Below the pieces are notes generated by a model. It worked only from the letters and a program-made list of their open reading frames with translations. It ran no database searches and was not told the DNA's origin. From Podarcis melisellensis (Eukaryota), in assembly GCA_964234715.1 (NCBI GenBank), contig OZ174280.1: 64,000 nucleotides of DNA. One strand, 5' to 3'. Shown piece by piece: positions 23,889 through 36,748 of this stretch. A program made the translations under genes and the position numbers. The stretch's first letter is position 1, and every line of letters starts with the position of its first letter.

Positions 23889-24799
23889 TTCATATACACA
23901 CAAGCCACCTTCCTCAAGCTCTGTTATGCATCCCATTCAAATGCAAACAGGGCACCTCATGACCAATATCTCCCACTGAGGCAACATCAACCAGGCATTC
24001 TGGACTATGAAATCCAACTGGCAAAGGAATAATTAGCCACAATCAGTAGCTGGAGCAAACTACTTCCAACATCAGCCAGCTCTATATTTGGAGTGGTTTC
24101 TAAGAGATCACACTGTTTTGGGCTTGGAAATGGCTTGAAGTTATCTAGCCTAGCCATTGTTCCAACTGGAGGGTCCATCAAACTCAGATGCTCAAATGTC
24201 TGGCACTTGTATAAAAATATATATAGCCTGTGATCATCCGTTTTAGTGTGGAATCAAAAGAAAGCCAGGGGGGTTAAACTGCATAATTGCCTGAGGTGTT
24301 TGTAGGAAAGGAGCAGGTTAATCAACAATGATGAACCAATGACTCATGTTCATTTCACCTGATTTGATTTTAATTCATTTATTTTAATTATCCCAAAGTT
24401 GCCAGTAGCTAAAAGCCCTTGACAATGATATGACTAAAAAAACCACAATAGTAGCATTATACATGCACAGTATAGTATCTTTTTATATAACCTGCATAAA
24501 AGAAGCAAAAATAAAAAATACAGCTGACCTAGTATAACTAGTCTGAAGGAGCAGCACTAGGTACTGCTCACAGTTTTGCTGGAAAGACATTTTCTGTATA
24601 TTGTTTTCCTGTTAAGAATGACCAGCAAACATGCTTTCAGCTCTGATTGTGGACAGATTTTAAAATCGAGCTGTACTCCTCCCTGCCTCCTTTTCCAAGG
24701 CCAGGACTCTCTATAGTAGTATCCTTATATTTAATTAGTTAATTAAATTCTGGGAGGGTAACCCCACCCAGAACAGGCAGACAGCCAATTAATTAAGGT

Positions 24800-25975
24800 A
24801 TTTATACATTCTAAATTATTTGCATTTCTAAGAGGTGTACACAAATCCACAGAAAATTGAACACTTAAACAAAACAAAACAAAAATTATAGACTGAATAC
24901 TGCCTCAAAATGCCTTCAGGAACAAGAAAGTCCCAGTGGCTGACGTTCCTCAAGGAGAGTGCCTGTCTAATCTCTGTTGAGAAGGTACTCCACAGGCTTT
25001 GGTGCATAACACCGAATGCCCAGCTTCTAGTAGTGATGAACTGTACATCTGAGGCAAGCAGGACCACCAACAGAAAATCCCCCCAATATCTCAGTGATAG
25101 GGCTGAGATACATATAAAGGACCAGGGAGTCCCAGTCCTTGAGATATCCTGGACCCATGTTGTTAAGGGCCTTGTAATTGAATACAATAATCTTGAACCC
25201 AGTAACATAATGGGCAAACAATGAAAGTTAGTCAATCCTCATCAACAGTTTAGCCACAGCATTTTGGTCCAGGTGGAGCTGCTGAGCCAGGCACAAGGGC
25301 AGCCTCCCCACAGAGCTCATTGCAGTCAACAAGTCTTGAGGTGACCAATGCAGGAATCGCCACAACCAAGAACGAGCATAATTGGTGCCCTGGCCAAAGT
25401 TGGTAAAATGCACTCCTAGCCACTGAGGCTGCCTGAGCCTCAAGTGACAAAGATGGATCCAGGAACACCACCAAACTACACACCTGTTGTTGTTTGCGGA
25501 GGGAGGGTAACCCCAACCAGAACAGGCAGACAGCCAATCTCCCAGACACTGGGACTACACACCCACAGTTCTGCTGTCTTCTTGAGTTTTAGGCTCAGTT
25601 TATTAGCCCTCATCCATTCCACAACTGCATCCAGACAATGTCTCATTCTCTCCTGGAGAAACAGGGTTAGGTGTCACCAGGATACCAAGCACACTTCGCC
25701 CCCAAACTCCTCATGACCACTCCCTATGGCTTCATGTAGAAAGACATTGGCTACAGGATTGTGCCTTGCAGCACACTATAGCACAAGGAATGGGAGCTTG
25801 AGACACAAGCCCCCAGTGATATTCTCTTCAGGTAAAACAGTACCCAAAATACCCATCCTACAGAGTCCATCCAGGAGGTATTGAAAGCAGCCAACAGATC
25901 AAGGAGAAGGAGCAGAGACACATCCCCCCTGTCCCACTGTCAATACAGGACATCCATCAAGGTGATGAAGGCTGA
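24800..25975 (-). mobile_element. Old degenerate L2 LINE (RT to 3' end)
   Basis: Fragmented peptides LLLDLLAAF, VFLDPSLSLEAQAASVARSAFYQL, ALVTSRL and YKALNNMGPGYLKD match L2 ORF2, with many frameshifts. Confidence 0.88.
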
Positions 25976-27601
25976 GTCAGTCCCCAAACTGCATCTGGGC
26001 CCAGTTTGAAATGGAGCAATAGTGGGTGCATGGGGCCATTTTCATCCCCAAAGCCACATTCCCTTCTGGTCAACTTTCCAGTGGTGGGCAGGCCAGAGGC
26101 AAAAATAGGTGGAGAAATTGATGCATTTTTTAACAGGAGGCTAGTTTCTACATATATCCACATATCCCCACCTCTTTATCCATCCGCCCAGGCAAGCAAG
26201 TTTTTTTGAGGGGGTACAATACAGCCAAACAAAAACACTAGAGGAGGGTGTGGAGCAAAGCTGGTGAGGGGTGAACCCTTAGGAGGGAGGGTGTGGCTGG
26301 AGAAAGGGTGTGGCCTGGGGAAAGTCCCAAGGGCCATTGAGAGTGGCCTGGAGGGCCACATTTGGCCCTTGAGCCTGAGATTCCTTGTATCTCAGGGCGC
26401 ATGGGGCTGATGTTTGTTTCTTCTTCTACTGAGCATTTTCTACTGTAGGAGGATTTTACAGTACCAAGCCCTACAATTTTGCTATAGTAATTTTCTCCAC
26501 CCTCTGGGGATGTTACTATAAGAGAACAGTCTAGTGGCACATTTTTAAAAATGTAATCTTGTCAAAGGAGAAACATGTCACCGAGTGGCCTCATCCTTAG
26601 GCAGAAGTTCAATTCCAATTAAAATGAGTTGTATTTTTTTCTTCCAAAAATTCAAAATGCTAAATGTAATGCTCAGCGATAAGAAATCCTGCCATATGCT
26701 ACAACAGCCCCTCTTTATACTCATTTGGTGATTACAAGGATCAACGAGACATTGTTAGAAATCATTTCAGTTCATATGGATGCTACTGCAGAGATTAGAT
26801 TAATTAAAGTGATAAATCCCTAGCACAGATCAAAAACATTTGACAGCAAGAAAGAAAACCAAGGAAGAGGCAGGAACTGTTGCCAAGAAGCTCCCACCAG
26901 TCCAGGATGATTGGCAAACCTACAGCGTTAAAGAAAGCAGCAGCCAACAAAAATGCCAGGTAAGTGCAGGCGTAGAAGTCTGATTTGTATTGTGAAACTG
27001 GCACCAAAATACAAAAGGGACTTATCGCTGCAAAAGCAGGACTTCTGCATTTCACAGGAACAAGGAGCTATTTCTTTTCCCACTCAGGCAGTCAGCGCTT
27101 CCAAATGCCATTAAGTGAATTTCAGCGGATCCCTGATTTACAAAAGTTAGGCAAGTTTTTAAAAAAAATTTTAAAAAAGCAGGAGAAATGCTCAATCTAC
27201 ACAACTTATTTTTTCTCCAATCAGGACTTAAAATAAAATAAAATCTGGATTTATTTAAATATTTGTAAGACACACTTTGATCACACGCGTGCACATACAC
27301 ACATGGTAGTGCATAACATCAAAACACAATACAATGTCTAATAATGGTTTGGTTAAAAAAATAATAGTCACATTGCAAAGGCATGTCCAGAAAAAAAAAT
27401 GACTCCTGCCAGACCTCTATTGGCAAGGAGTTCCGCAAGGCAGGTCCTTCCACACTAAAGGCTTGGTCTCTAGTAAAGGCTTTGAAGGAAATGTTGTTCT
27501 TGGTCTAAGGCAGAGCTGGGGAGCCTTTTTTCTACAAAGAGCTATTATTATTATTTACTGAATTTATATACCACCCTATACCCAGGGGTCTCAGGGCAGT
27601 T

Positions 27602-27648
27602 CACAGAATAAGCTATTGTCCCACAGAATAAGCTACTGTCCCACAGAA
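27602..27648. repeat. 20-bp tandem duplication beside an L2-type 3' tail (27547-27610, minus)
   Basis: CACAGAATAAGCTA(T/C)TGTCC repeated about 2.3 times. Confidence 0.85.
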
Positions 27649-28440
27649 AGAAGTCATTCATCATTATACAGCTATGGCAGTGCCTTTGTATACAAAGCGA
27701 TTTTGTTAAAAAAATTGCTATAGTAAAGAACCAATCAGAAAGAAAGAAACACTGAGTGAAAAGAGGAAGAATGAAGGAGTGGGGCACACATCTGAATGGC
27801 AGCTCCTTAAGTTCTTTTAAAATAGTCTCGAGATGTTTGATTCTGTTGAATATATCCAAAAACCTGGCTTCCAGAACATGCTGCTATAACCTTTCTTGAA
27901 ACATCTGGTGGTAGGGGTCAGAGATACAAAAATCAGACTAGCTGGGGCATTTTTTAAAAAATTGTTTCTGAGTAATAAGAAGCAATTTTGCTCAAAAACT
28001 GAAACATGAGGATAAATAAATATCCCAGGCCATAGCTAAGAGGCAGGAAGCAAAAAGCCAAAAGAGAAAGAGAGAGAAGAGTGTAGCAAATGCTGAAGGG
28101 AACCCAAGACTGGAGAAGACAGCAAATTAGACATGAAATTGCAATGCAATTTGGCAGCATAAAAGGTCAATGCAATTTGAGACCGCATATGCCAAGAATT
28201 CCTGTCACAGACCAGGGAGGTTATGGCCTATTACCAATTTTGCATACTTAAAAGGCTTGGCCACTTGAATAAGCTTTGTCAAAATAAAACCCATTTAAAG
28301 TGTCTGGGTGTTTAACTAAGCCAAATCAAAAACCTTACTGATTCTTCCCTTTTAATCCTAAACAGCTTTATTAGGATGACTTATTTACCCATCAGCATTC
28401 AAATCTATTGTTGAACTGGGTCCTTCAAGATAACTTGAGG

Positions 28441-28547
28441 GTAAAAAGGTAAAGGTAAAGGGACCCCTGACCATTAGGTCCAGTAACTCTGGGGTTGCGG
28501 TGCTCATCTCGCTTTACTGGCTAAGGGAACTGGCGTACAGCTTCCAG
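28441..28547 (-). mobile_element. Sauria SINE 3' fragment
   Basis: GGTAAAGGTAAAGGGACCCCTGACCATTAGGTCCAGT, matching the tail of 364-698. Confidence 0.9.
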
Positions 28548-29029
28548 GAATGTTGTGCAAATCCTAGAAGGCCGGTTACCTACTGGGACATCCATCCAAA
28601 CATAGCCATTAAAAAAATTCATAACGGGGGTGCTTGGAAGATTCTGTAGAGAAGAACCATTCAGAAAAGTGGGAGCATACGACCATTTTGAAGGATTTCT
28701 GATTGAGCTTTTTGTGGTCTGAATATTATTCAGTTAGAAGTATTTATACAGTTTTATCCTATAGGCTTGCACCACTCAATAAGCATGATTTTATCCTATA
28801 CCTTGCTTTCTCCTTTTATGCACACCTGTTTTCAAACAATATAATTTTTCACCCTCTTATCCATCCTATCTTGTTCCATTTCATACTCTTCCAACCCATG
28901 CACACTAAAGCTAAAAAAGCATAGGATGCTATTGTTTCTGTGAGAGATGACAATATAATGAGCAAGGTTTTAGCAATAACCACAGAAAGGAAAGCAGGGA
29001 TCTTGAAAATGATGGAGAAGCAAATATTA

Positions 29030-29385
29030 TGATTAGGATTAAGATTAGCTGTTTGTTTCCTAAAAGATCTCCAAGTGGCTTACATTTAAAAACATAAACA
29101 TAAACATATTGTACCACAGACAAAAGCAAAATTCAACACTAACATTATCATAAAACTTACAAAAAAGAGAGAGAGACCTTCTCCCATAGAAGCCATAGCA
29201 TGCCTTGACAGTCAATCAACAATAAAAAAGAATCAATCCATCAAAGACCTGTGGGGGGAAAGATGTCGATGAAGGTGTCAGGGGGGCCTCACTGTGGAGA
29301 ACATTCTACAGGAGCCACATCTGAAAAGTCCCTCTCCTTTACCTTCACCCTCTGAGCTTCCCTCAGAGAAGCGACTCAGAGAATT
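29030..29385 (-). mobile_element. Old L2 3' fragment
   Basis: Minus strand GAGAGGGACTTTTCAGATGTGGCTCCTGTAGAATGTTCTCC (RxFSxVAPxxWN-like) plus an L2-type tail. Confidence 0.5.
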
Positions 29386-30762
29386 AGATATTGAAGTTTT
29401 TCAGGATTTCATGTTTCACAGACTTTTGCAGGCATGAAGATGTCAGTAATTCGGAATGGTCATTTGCAGTGTTTTTCTCCCCCCCCCCAACCTGACATTA
29501 GTTTTTTATGTGTGCAATTCATCACAATAGCAAACACTCTTTGCTTCTGAAATCCGTGGATTCTACATTTGTTTTTACATCTAAAATTACATCTCTCAAC
29601 TGTTCATTATTGCCTCACGTAACTAAATCTTCAGTGTCAAGGAAGTTAACATCACTTCAGCCCAAACATTCACTAGCAATTTTCTTTGAAGGAGGCCGGA
29701 ATTTATTTGGCCTGACCTAATCATTGATCTAAATAGGTTTTCTTTAAACTGCCTGACAAAACAGACTTATTCTTGTTTACTTTGCTCATGCATTGGAGTT
29801 ACATTAATGGCCCAGTCTTCTACTGCACTGGTAAGTGAAGACCACATCACACAATACCTTTTTTGCTGCATAAAGGTTATCCTACATGAAGTCAAGAAAC
29901 CATTCTGTGAAGAACACAAAGTGTCTATGTTCTCAGGCCTTTCTCTAGAGGTAGTAAGGGTAAGCATTGGAACAAGTGCCCACCCAATGGACCACTGTCC
30001 AGCAGTGATATGCTCTTCAATTTGCATGGAGTATACAAGAAAGCGTGGTGTATTTCTCAGTTCATTGCTCCAAAAGACTACCTTCTCCAAGCCTTCCAAA
30101 GCCTGGGGTCTGCACTGTAGTTTGCCACTCAGCATGTTGGTAACATGCTGTGTATATTGGCTTTTAAAGATCTGTGTCCTCTCCAGTTGCAACACAACAA
30201 CACTTGCATGATAATGTACACAATTTTTAATAAGCAAAACGTTGTGGATGATATGGCAGTTGCCACAACTACTAACCCAATGTGGTCAAATTCCATCCCC
30301 CATCCCCCAACTTGCAGAATATTAAAGCGGGGAAGATGGGAGAAGTTATTTAAATGGTGCAATGTGCAAAACAAAGCAAGTTGTGGTTTGAGGATATAGG
30401 TTTGTGCATCTGTTTCAGTCATGTATGTGTGCAAATAAGCAGCCGGGGTTGCTTGTGGACTGTAGCCTAAGACTGCCCATTCAGTATTACTGTATGGGTA
30501 TGAGGAACTGTGAAATTGATGGTTTAAAATACCCTAAATGATATCTATAGATGGCAGTAGTACTTAATCTCATTTGAGGCTGAAGAGACATGTCTGCTCT
30601 TTCAAGGAAAAGTGTGTTGATTTGAAGAATTTGTGTTAAAATATGGACAGAATTATCTTAATTCAATTTTACTTGAGGGTTCTCTACCCTTAGCAAAGGA
30701 GTCATGTGCTGAGCTCAAGACTCTATGGAGGAAATGGGATCCTCCTAAATTGAGGGTCCTGA

Positions 30763-31509
30763 TTGTGCTCAGACCCCTTAAGCCACCCCCACGGGGTGAG
30801 CTGTTACTAGGCATGGCACAAACTTTGTCAGTTGGGCCGTGGGATCATGCCTGGCTGTTTGGGCCAATTGGGGCAGGTGGCATGATCCTGGGGTCCTATA
30901 AATGCTGCAACGTGATGTAGGTGGAGTACTTGCTTTGCGCTGCCGAACACCCGCCCTCCCCCCCTAATTTGGTGCTACTAATTGCCCTTGGTTTGGATTG
31001 GGTTGCCTGCTTTGGAGCTGGGTAGGAATTTTTCCATTTGGCAAATTGGCTTTGGCCACTTGGTTTTCACCTACCCCCTTAGCAATCGTAACAACTTTGT
31101 AAGGTTTGGCAGTTAGGCATTGGTTTATAGAAATGTCCGGGAGGGGAGGTGTGGCCATCACCTGCCCCTCCAAAAATAGGGCATTCTGGTAAAGGAATCT
31201 GGGGGTCCTAGATCTCATCTGAAGTCCGCTTGAGAGGCTAGGGCCATGCCAGGATCACAGGAACCCTGGGGTGAGCTTCAATCGATCTTCACCGATGTTG
31301 CTCCCTCATTTGGTGTTTACCCTTTCAGACTGCCAGCCGGAGAGGCAGGAGTCAGTTATAGTGCCTGACCAATGCCTAGGCCAATACCACTCAATTTGTT
31401 TTGTAATCAATAAAGTTGTGGCCAAAATTTTGCCCGAAAACTTAAACTAAAATTATGTGTCCATTTGAATTTGTTTACTGGGTAAGGGCTTGGGGGCCTA
31501 AGGGTGCAA
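30763..31509 (+). mobile_element. Solo LTR-like terminal repeat (probably Ngaro/DIRS group or LTR retroelement)
   Basis: CCAAT (30863), TATAAA (30897), CACCCGCCCTCCC tract and AATAAAGTTGTGGCC (31409). Ends are imperfect inverted repeats TTGTG...TGCAA with no TSD. Related to 36100-36748. Confidence 0.65.
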
Positions 31510-34500
31510 AAGTTATATTCATGTCAAGAAGAAATGGCACACGACCAGCTGCTTGCTGATTTCAAATGAGAAAAAAGAGTTAGTGTAGATACTTCACATA
31601 GGGCTTAGCTCTTCCAGGTCATGAAACAGAACACAAGGCAGGAACGGGAGGCATTTTTGCCTTTTTGCAAAGGACGTGTTGCACAAGTGCGATGCAGAAA
31701 TAATATTGTTGCTTAACTTTTTGGAGGGGGCAGGATTGCATCCCAACTTCTTTTAAAAAAAATCTCAAACAAGCAAATAAAACATAAAGCAAACATTACA
31801 AACCCTGAGTTCTCCTGAATGGTTTTCAGTCCAAGCATCTGAAGTGCTCAGCTCTTTCCTGCATCCAATGGATATGATTTAACTCATATTGGCTCTAAAG
31901 AAACAAACCTATTTCTGCAAACTCAGGAAATAGCCTATTCTGAGCCAATTCAATGTGAGCTGGAGTGTGTGGGTGTGTTTGCAAATTAGTAATTATTATT
32001 TAAATGTTGGAGGCAACCAGAAACATTGGAGCTATAGAATTAATTTTAAAGTAATCCATTTTATGGATTCCAATTCAGCTAATCAAGAGACAACCTTTCT
32101 AGCAGATAAAGAGAATAAACAAGAAACCTTAAGTTAGCCACCTTTGATCTGTGTTCACCGCAGAGGTCCAGAACTGCTACATCCCACTGTGACACTGAAT
32201 GCAGAAATACGTATGCAAAGATATCCTTTATTAACAGAATAGTACATTAAGGTCTGTCCAGAATGAGCTGAAGCACTTAAATGTACATTCCAAATGGTAT
32301 TTTATTACTAGGGGGAAATCTTTTTTCCTGAAGATCACCCATTCAAATTCAGGTGACTACCTATACAACATCACCGTCATAATTAGTACCCTCATTGTCA
32401 GTCTCCTGTTAAGAGGCCATGGATTAATGGGTACAGAGGACCAACTACACTGCCATTGCTAGATAATAAAATGCTGAAAGATATTCATAGGGCCACATCA
32501 GAAAATTTGCCCCTTAAGCCAATGGTACAATGCTTGCCTTTACTGATAGAGATGTTCATTTTTGTGGTGTGTCAATTTAATTTGGTGTATTTTAAGGAAG
32601 TTTAAAATCAGTTAAATTTAAATTCAACTGCCCTTATGAATCCGGCTCCCAGTGTTGTATAGAGCAATATATGTTTTTATTTTATTCATGGTAAAAGCAT
32701 CTTAGGAAAGGTTTTTCTGAAGACATTGTCCTTCTCATGGAAGGAGAAGTGGCTCAGCAAGGCAAATTTATATCCTGCTCTCCTGGTGCAAAAATACCAC
32801 ACAGAGTGGCTGCCAAGGTTTAAAATGAGAAATTTACAAAACATTATTAAACAGTCAGCCTAGGAGATATGGTCAGCAAGCACAACCGAGCATTAAAACT
32901 CATTGGGATAAAATGTGCATTACTCCAGTTCTGAGACACACATTTAACATTTTTTTCTTCCCCTTTGAATTGCTCTGCTCAGGTAGTATTGAAATGTGAC
33001 AGAACACAACCTGGCCCTGTTTTGCCAAGTTCTCCAAGCTATACTAGTTATACTTCACATGTTCTGTAGATAACAATAACCAGGGCTTTTTTCCAGCCAG
33101 AATTTACCAGAACTCAGTTCTGGTATCTCTCACCATTGACATTCTATAAGAATGAGGGACATGTTCACGGTGAGTTCCAATACCACCGACAATAACACTG
33201 AATTTCCTTCTTTCAAAGTCCCTTAAATAAGATGAAATTGTTAGCCTGATAGAAGTCTATCCCACTATCCAGTATGAAACCACCAACAAATAATAAATAT
33301 TGTTATTTGGCACTATCTTAATGAACAGAGAGGAAAAGTGCTAAAGGAAACTTTGCTTGAAGTTGCCATTATATTTTTCCTCAGGCACTCAAATAGCTGT
33401 GTCAACTAATGAGGATGCTAAAATGGTGCTGTGGTTATTTCAACAAGACAAGAAGGCTCTTAAAAGAGTCCCAGAAGACAATGGTCGTTCTTTGATGTGC
33501 AATAGGTCAGAATTGACAGAGCTTTTGTCTCTAAGCTTTTTATAATAATGAGGTGGAAATTCATGAATCCCCCCCTTGCTATTTAGCTGAGGAAACAGAC
33601 CTTTGCTTCATTTCCTGACTGTGCACCTTTGATTACCACCGAGATTTGTTTCTTACTTTGCACTCTAGTGAATTTAATTATCAGTTGTTGCCAAATTTAT
33701 ATTATGAATCTGACCATTAAAAATTCCTCTTAACATAGTGCTGAGCACTTAATGGCACTTAAAGAACCAAATGAAACTGCATTACATGGAGGCACTAATC
33801 AGAAGGCTAGAAAAGCCCCAATCAGCTGGAGTAGTTAGATTCATTTAATGGCATATATGATTTAATTTTAAAACAGCTAAATTGAAATATTGCTGAGGAT
33901 GTTGCAACAAATCAAAGGCAGACTAGGGAAATAAAAGTTGTGGTTTGCAGCTTAAATTTGTGGCTTCAGTTTAGTCACCGTGTTTCTGGAGGGAAACCCA
34001 AAAGAGTGGACTGGAGCCAGAGAATTCTGCTCACAAAATATTGCCGTAAAAGTGGGGGGTGATTTTTACCAATCGCTTCTTACCAAATCTGCTCTAGGGG
34101 ATTGCAGAACAGGTCTTGTGCAAAGAGTGGGCAGCAGGGGCATTGGGGAACCTGTGAAAACTGCTGCTCTCTTCTTCTACACCCTACCAGCATGAGCCTT
34201 CAACGCAGCTCAGTTCCTTCTCTGAGCACAGGATCAAATCTAGAAATGAAATGGCAAGTCTAAATGTAAGCTACCTGTCTGTTGATTATACTTCAATATA
34301 TGGATCTAAGAATATTCTTGATATAAGCTAATGAATACCCCAAATATATCTAGAGATGTTACAGTGGAAACTGATTATACATTTATAATCAGTGTAGACT
34401 GATTATCTATTTCAAGCAGCATCTTTAAAACATATATGAAGACTGAAAGTAAGTGATGATGTGGGTGAAATATTCAGTTGGCATCTGGTTGGCCACTGTG

Positions 34501-35426
34501 AGAACAGGATACAGAACTGGACAGGCCACTTCCGGATCCAGAAAGTTCTTTAACAGTGGAGGATGTATACAGTGGATACCTGTGTCATGAACATTAGAAT
34601 ATATTGTCAGTTTGTAAACACACAATGGGATTCATATTTTACATGTAAAGCTCCAGCCACATACCAGTTGACCCCAGATTTAAAAACTGTGGGAAGTGTT
34701 TAGGAGAAGGAGAAAGGGGGCACTGTCATCTTTTAATGGCGTCTTTGTCAATCTGGCCCCCTCCAGATCATCCCCAAATGGAAGTTACAGTCCAAAAAAT
34801 CTGGAAGATGCTAGGTTGCTGAAGGCTCCTTTTACGGGCTCTCAGCTGGGAGCTGTTTTCAAACGCTCTGCCTCAAAATTGCATTGTTCTTCCATCAGCA
34901 TCCTAGGTCAAACACCTTCCTTTTTAGCTCCAGAACTCTGTAGACCTGGTTCCAGTGGGCATGCTTAGATCTTTCATGTTTACTTCAGCACAACCAAGGA
35001 AGATTTGTAATGGTTGTTTACCCTAATAGATAATTTTTAAGCCTTAAGAGGACCATGAAGGATGCCTGTCAGCACACAGAGCTTAAATTAAGCCCTGAAC
35101 ACTCTGTGCAGTACTAGTAAATGTATTACTATCATGTCAACACAGAACCTGACAGTTTAGTATTCTTCTATAAATTTATGTAGCATAACTACATTTATAA
35201 ATCTTGCTGTCAACCGCCTGCAATACCTCACTCCAGTTGTTGACTGAGCTACTGCAATGTCACAGAATTTACATAAATACTACTTGTGAGGGGGAATGTT
35301 CAAGTCACAGACAGAGTGCTGGTGCATATGCTATGAGGGAAGAGGAAGGTCATTTTGGCTGGGGGAAGATTTTGCACAGGACCTAGGATCAATAGACTAT
35401 AATGTTCTCAAGGGGCAAAATTTAGG

Positions 35427-35519
35427 TAGGGCTGCTGTACGTCTGGAATATTCTGGACATATCCAGAATACAACAGCGGGCAGCAGTGTCTGGGAAAATC
35501 TGCATGTATGGCAACCCAT
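35427..35519. mobile_element. Short hAT-Blackjack-like MITE
   Basis: Ends TAGGGCTGCTGTACGTC and GTATGGCAACCCA (TAGGGTTGCCATAC-type TIR). Confidence 0.55.
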
Positions 35520-36099
35520 GGCAGCAGTGCTATATTTGACATTTTCCCATAAAAATAGGTTTAAAAAATGGCTGGTTTATTTTCGATTTTGCCCAAAAAA
35601 CTTTTCTATCTGGAATTTTATTACCCACCCAGAAATTGGAATTCCCAATAACCTGATGCTGTTTTAAAAGTGGAAATGATTAGACCCAGATTAAGTGGCA
35701 CAACTCACATTATTATTTTGTTGTCTATATTTCAGTAGTCTCAAAGTAGCACAGATGTTGTAAGAGTGTGGTGATCTGTCATGGAACAACCCCATTGAAG
35801 GAGATAAGAGTAGTTACCCATATCTCATTGCTGATTGCAAAGGGGCACCCATGACAGTTCAAGTTTCAGGGCCCCAAAAATGTAGGTCCACCATTTTGTG
35901 TGGGTTGCTTCTTTGGTTTTTGTGGGTTGTTTGTTTTTGTTTTGTTTTTTTAAATGAGGTGTCACTACTCCTCACTTGATAAAAGTGTCATTGGTGATTG
36001 CACAAAATGGCCGCCATGGGCAGAACAAAGATCTGATGGTATTCTTTACTAGTGAGTACCATCACACAACAAAAAACTGCTATATAATTCATCAATATT

Positions 36100-36748
36100 T
36101 ATCAATATCCCCAGCTCCCAGGTATCATAAGGAAGGAATAAAGACTCTGACAACGTTACATGGAATTAAAATTAGGCCACAACTTTATTAAACTTCCTGG
36201 GGGAACTGGGGCTCATCAGAGTAAATGAGATATGGGGGTGCTCTGTGAGACGTAAGTGTAACAGGCAGGCAAGCCCATATCCCTGCACAAGGGGGACCCT
36301 GGAATCGCCACCGCAGGGGGGGGGGTGAGTCACCACTACACACACACACACACAGAAGAAAAGACTCAAGGATTCCACCCAAGGCCATAACCGCCAAAGT
36401 TGAGACGAATTGCTACAGGGAAGACAAAACCTGCCAATGCAGGAAAATTTCTTCCTGGTCCTTCAACAGCAGCCAGTCAAGACCATAGCAGCGCCCGCTA
36501 AACAGGAAGAAAAAGTTAACCTGCAAACAAGAAACATTAAACAACGGGAGGGTGAATCTCTAGAGCTGACTGCCTGGCTATTGTCGGCTCTAACCCCTAT
36601 TTATAAATGGGGCTGGCCCCACCTCCCAGCAAGAAACTTGATTCCTGAGGCTGGGTGTGAACCTCCAAAAATGAACACTGAGAGGCAAGCCAGCCCCTGT
36701 TTGCCAGTAAGCTCCCTGGGAACTGTAGCACCACGCACAATCCCGCAA
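36100..36748 (-). mobile_element. Solo LTR-like terminal repeat, diverged relative of 30763-31509
   Basis: Minus strand has TATAAAT (about 36600), the core TAGCAATTCGTCTCAACTTTGGCGGTTATGGCCTTGG (cf. TAGCAATCGTAACAACTT...TTTGGCAGTTAGGCATTGG) and AATAAAGTTGTGGCC (36175-36189). Confidence 0.65.

Noticed and set aside
26829-26965. Possible + strand exon ending CAG|GTAAGT with an open frame (…KKLPPVQDDWQTYSVKESSSQQKCQ)
   Set aside because: Strong donor but no pyrimidine-rich acceptor, and the peptide is not recognisable.
29767-30237. Overlapping 156-aa (-) and 134-aa (+) ORFs
   Set aside because: No recognisable domain, splice context or codon bias. The lengths are within what 64 kb of non-coding DNA yields by chance.
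36195-36225. CTGATGAG on the minus strand as a possible hammerhead core
   Set aside because: No stem II complement and no GAAA box follow.
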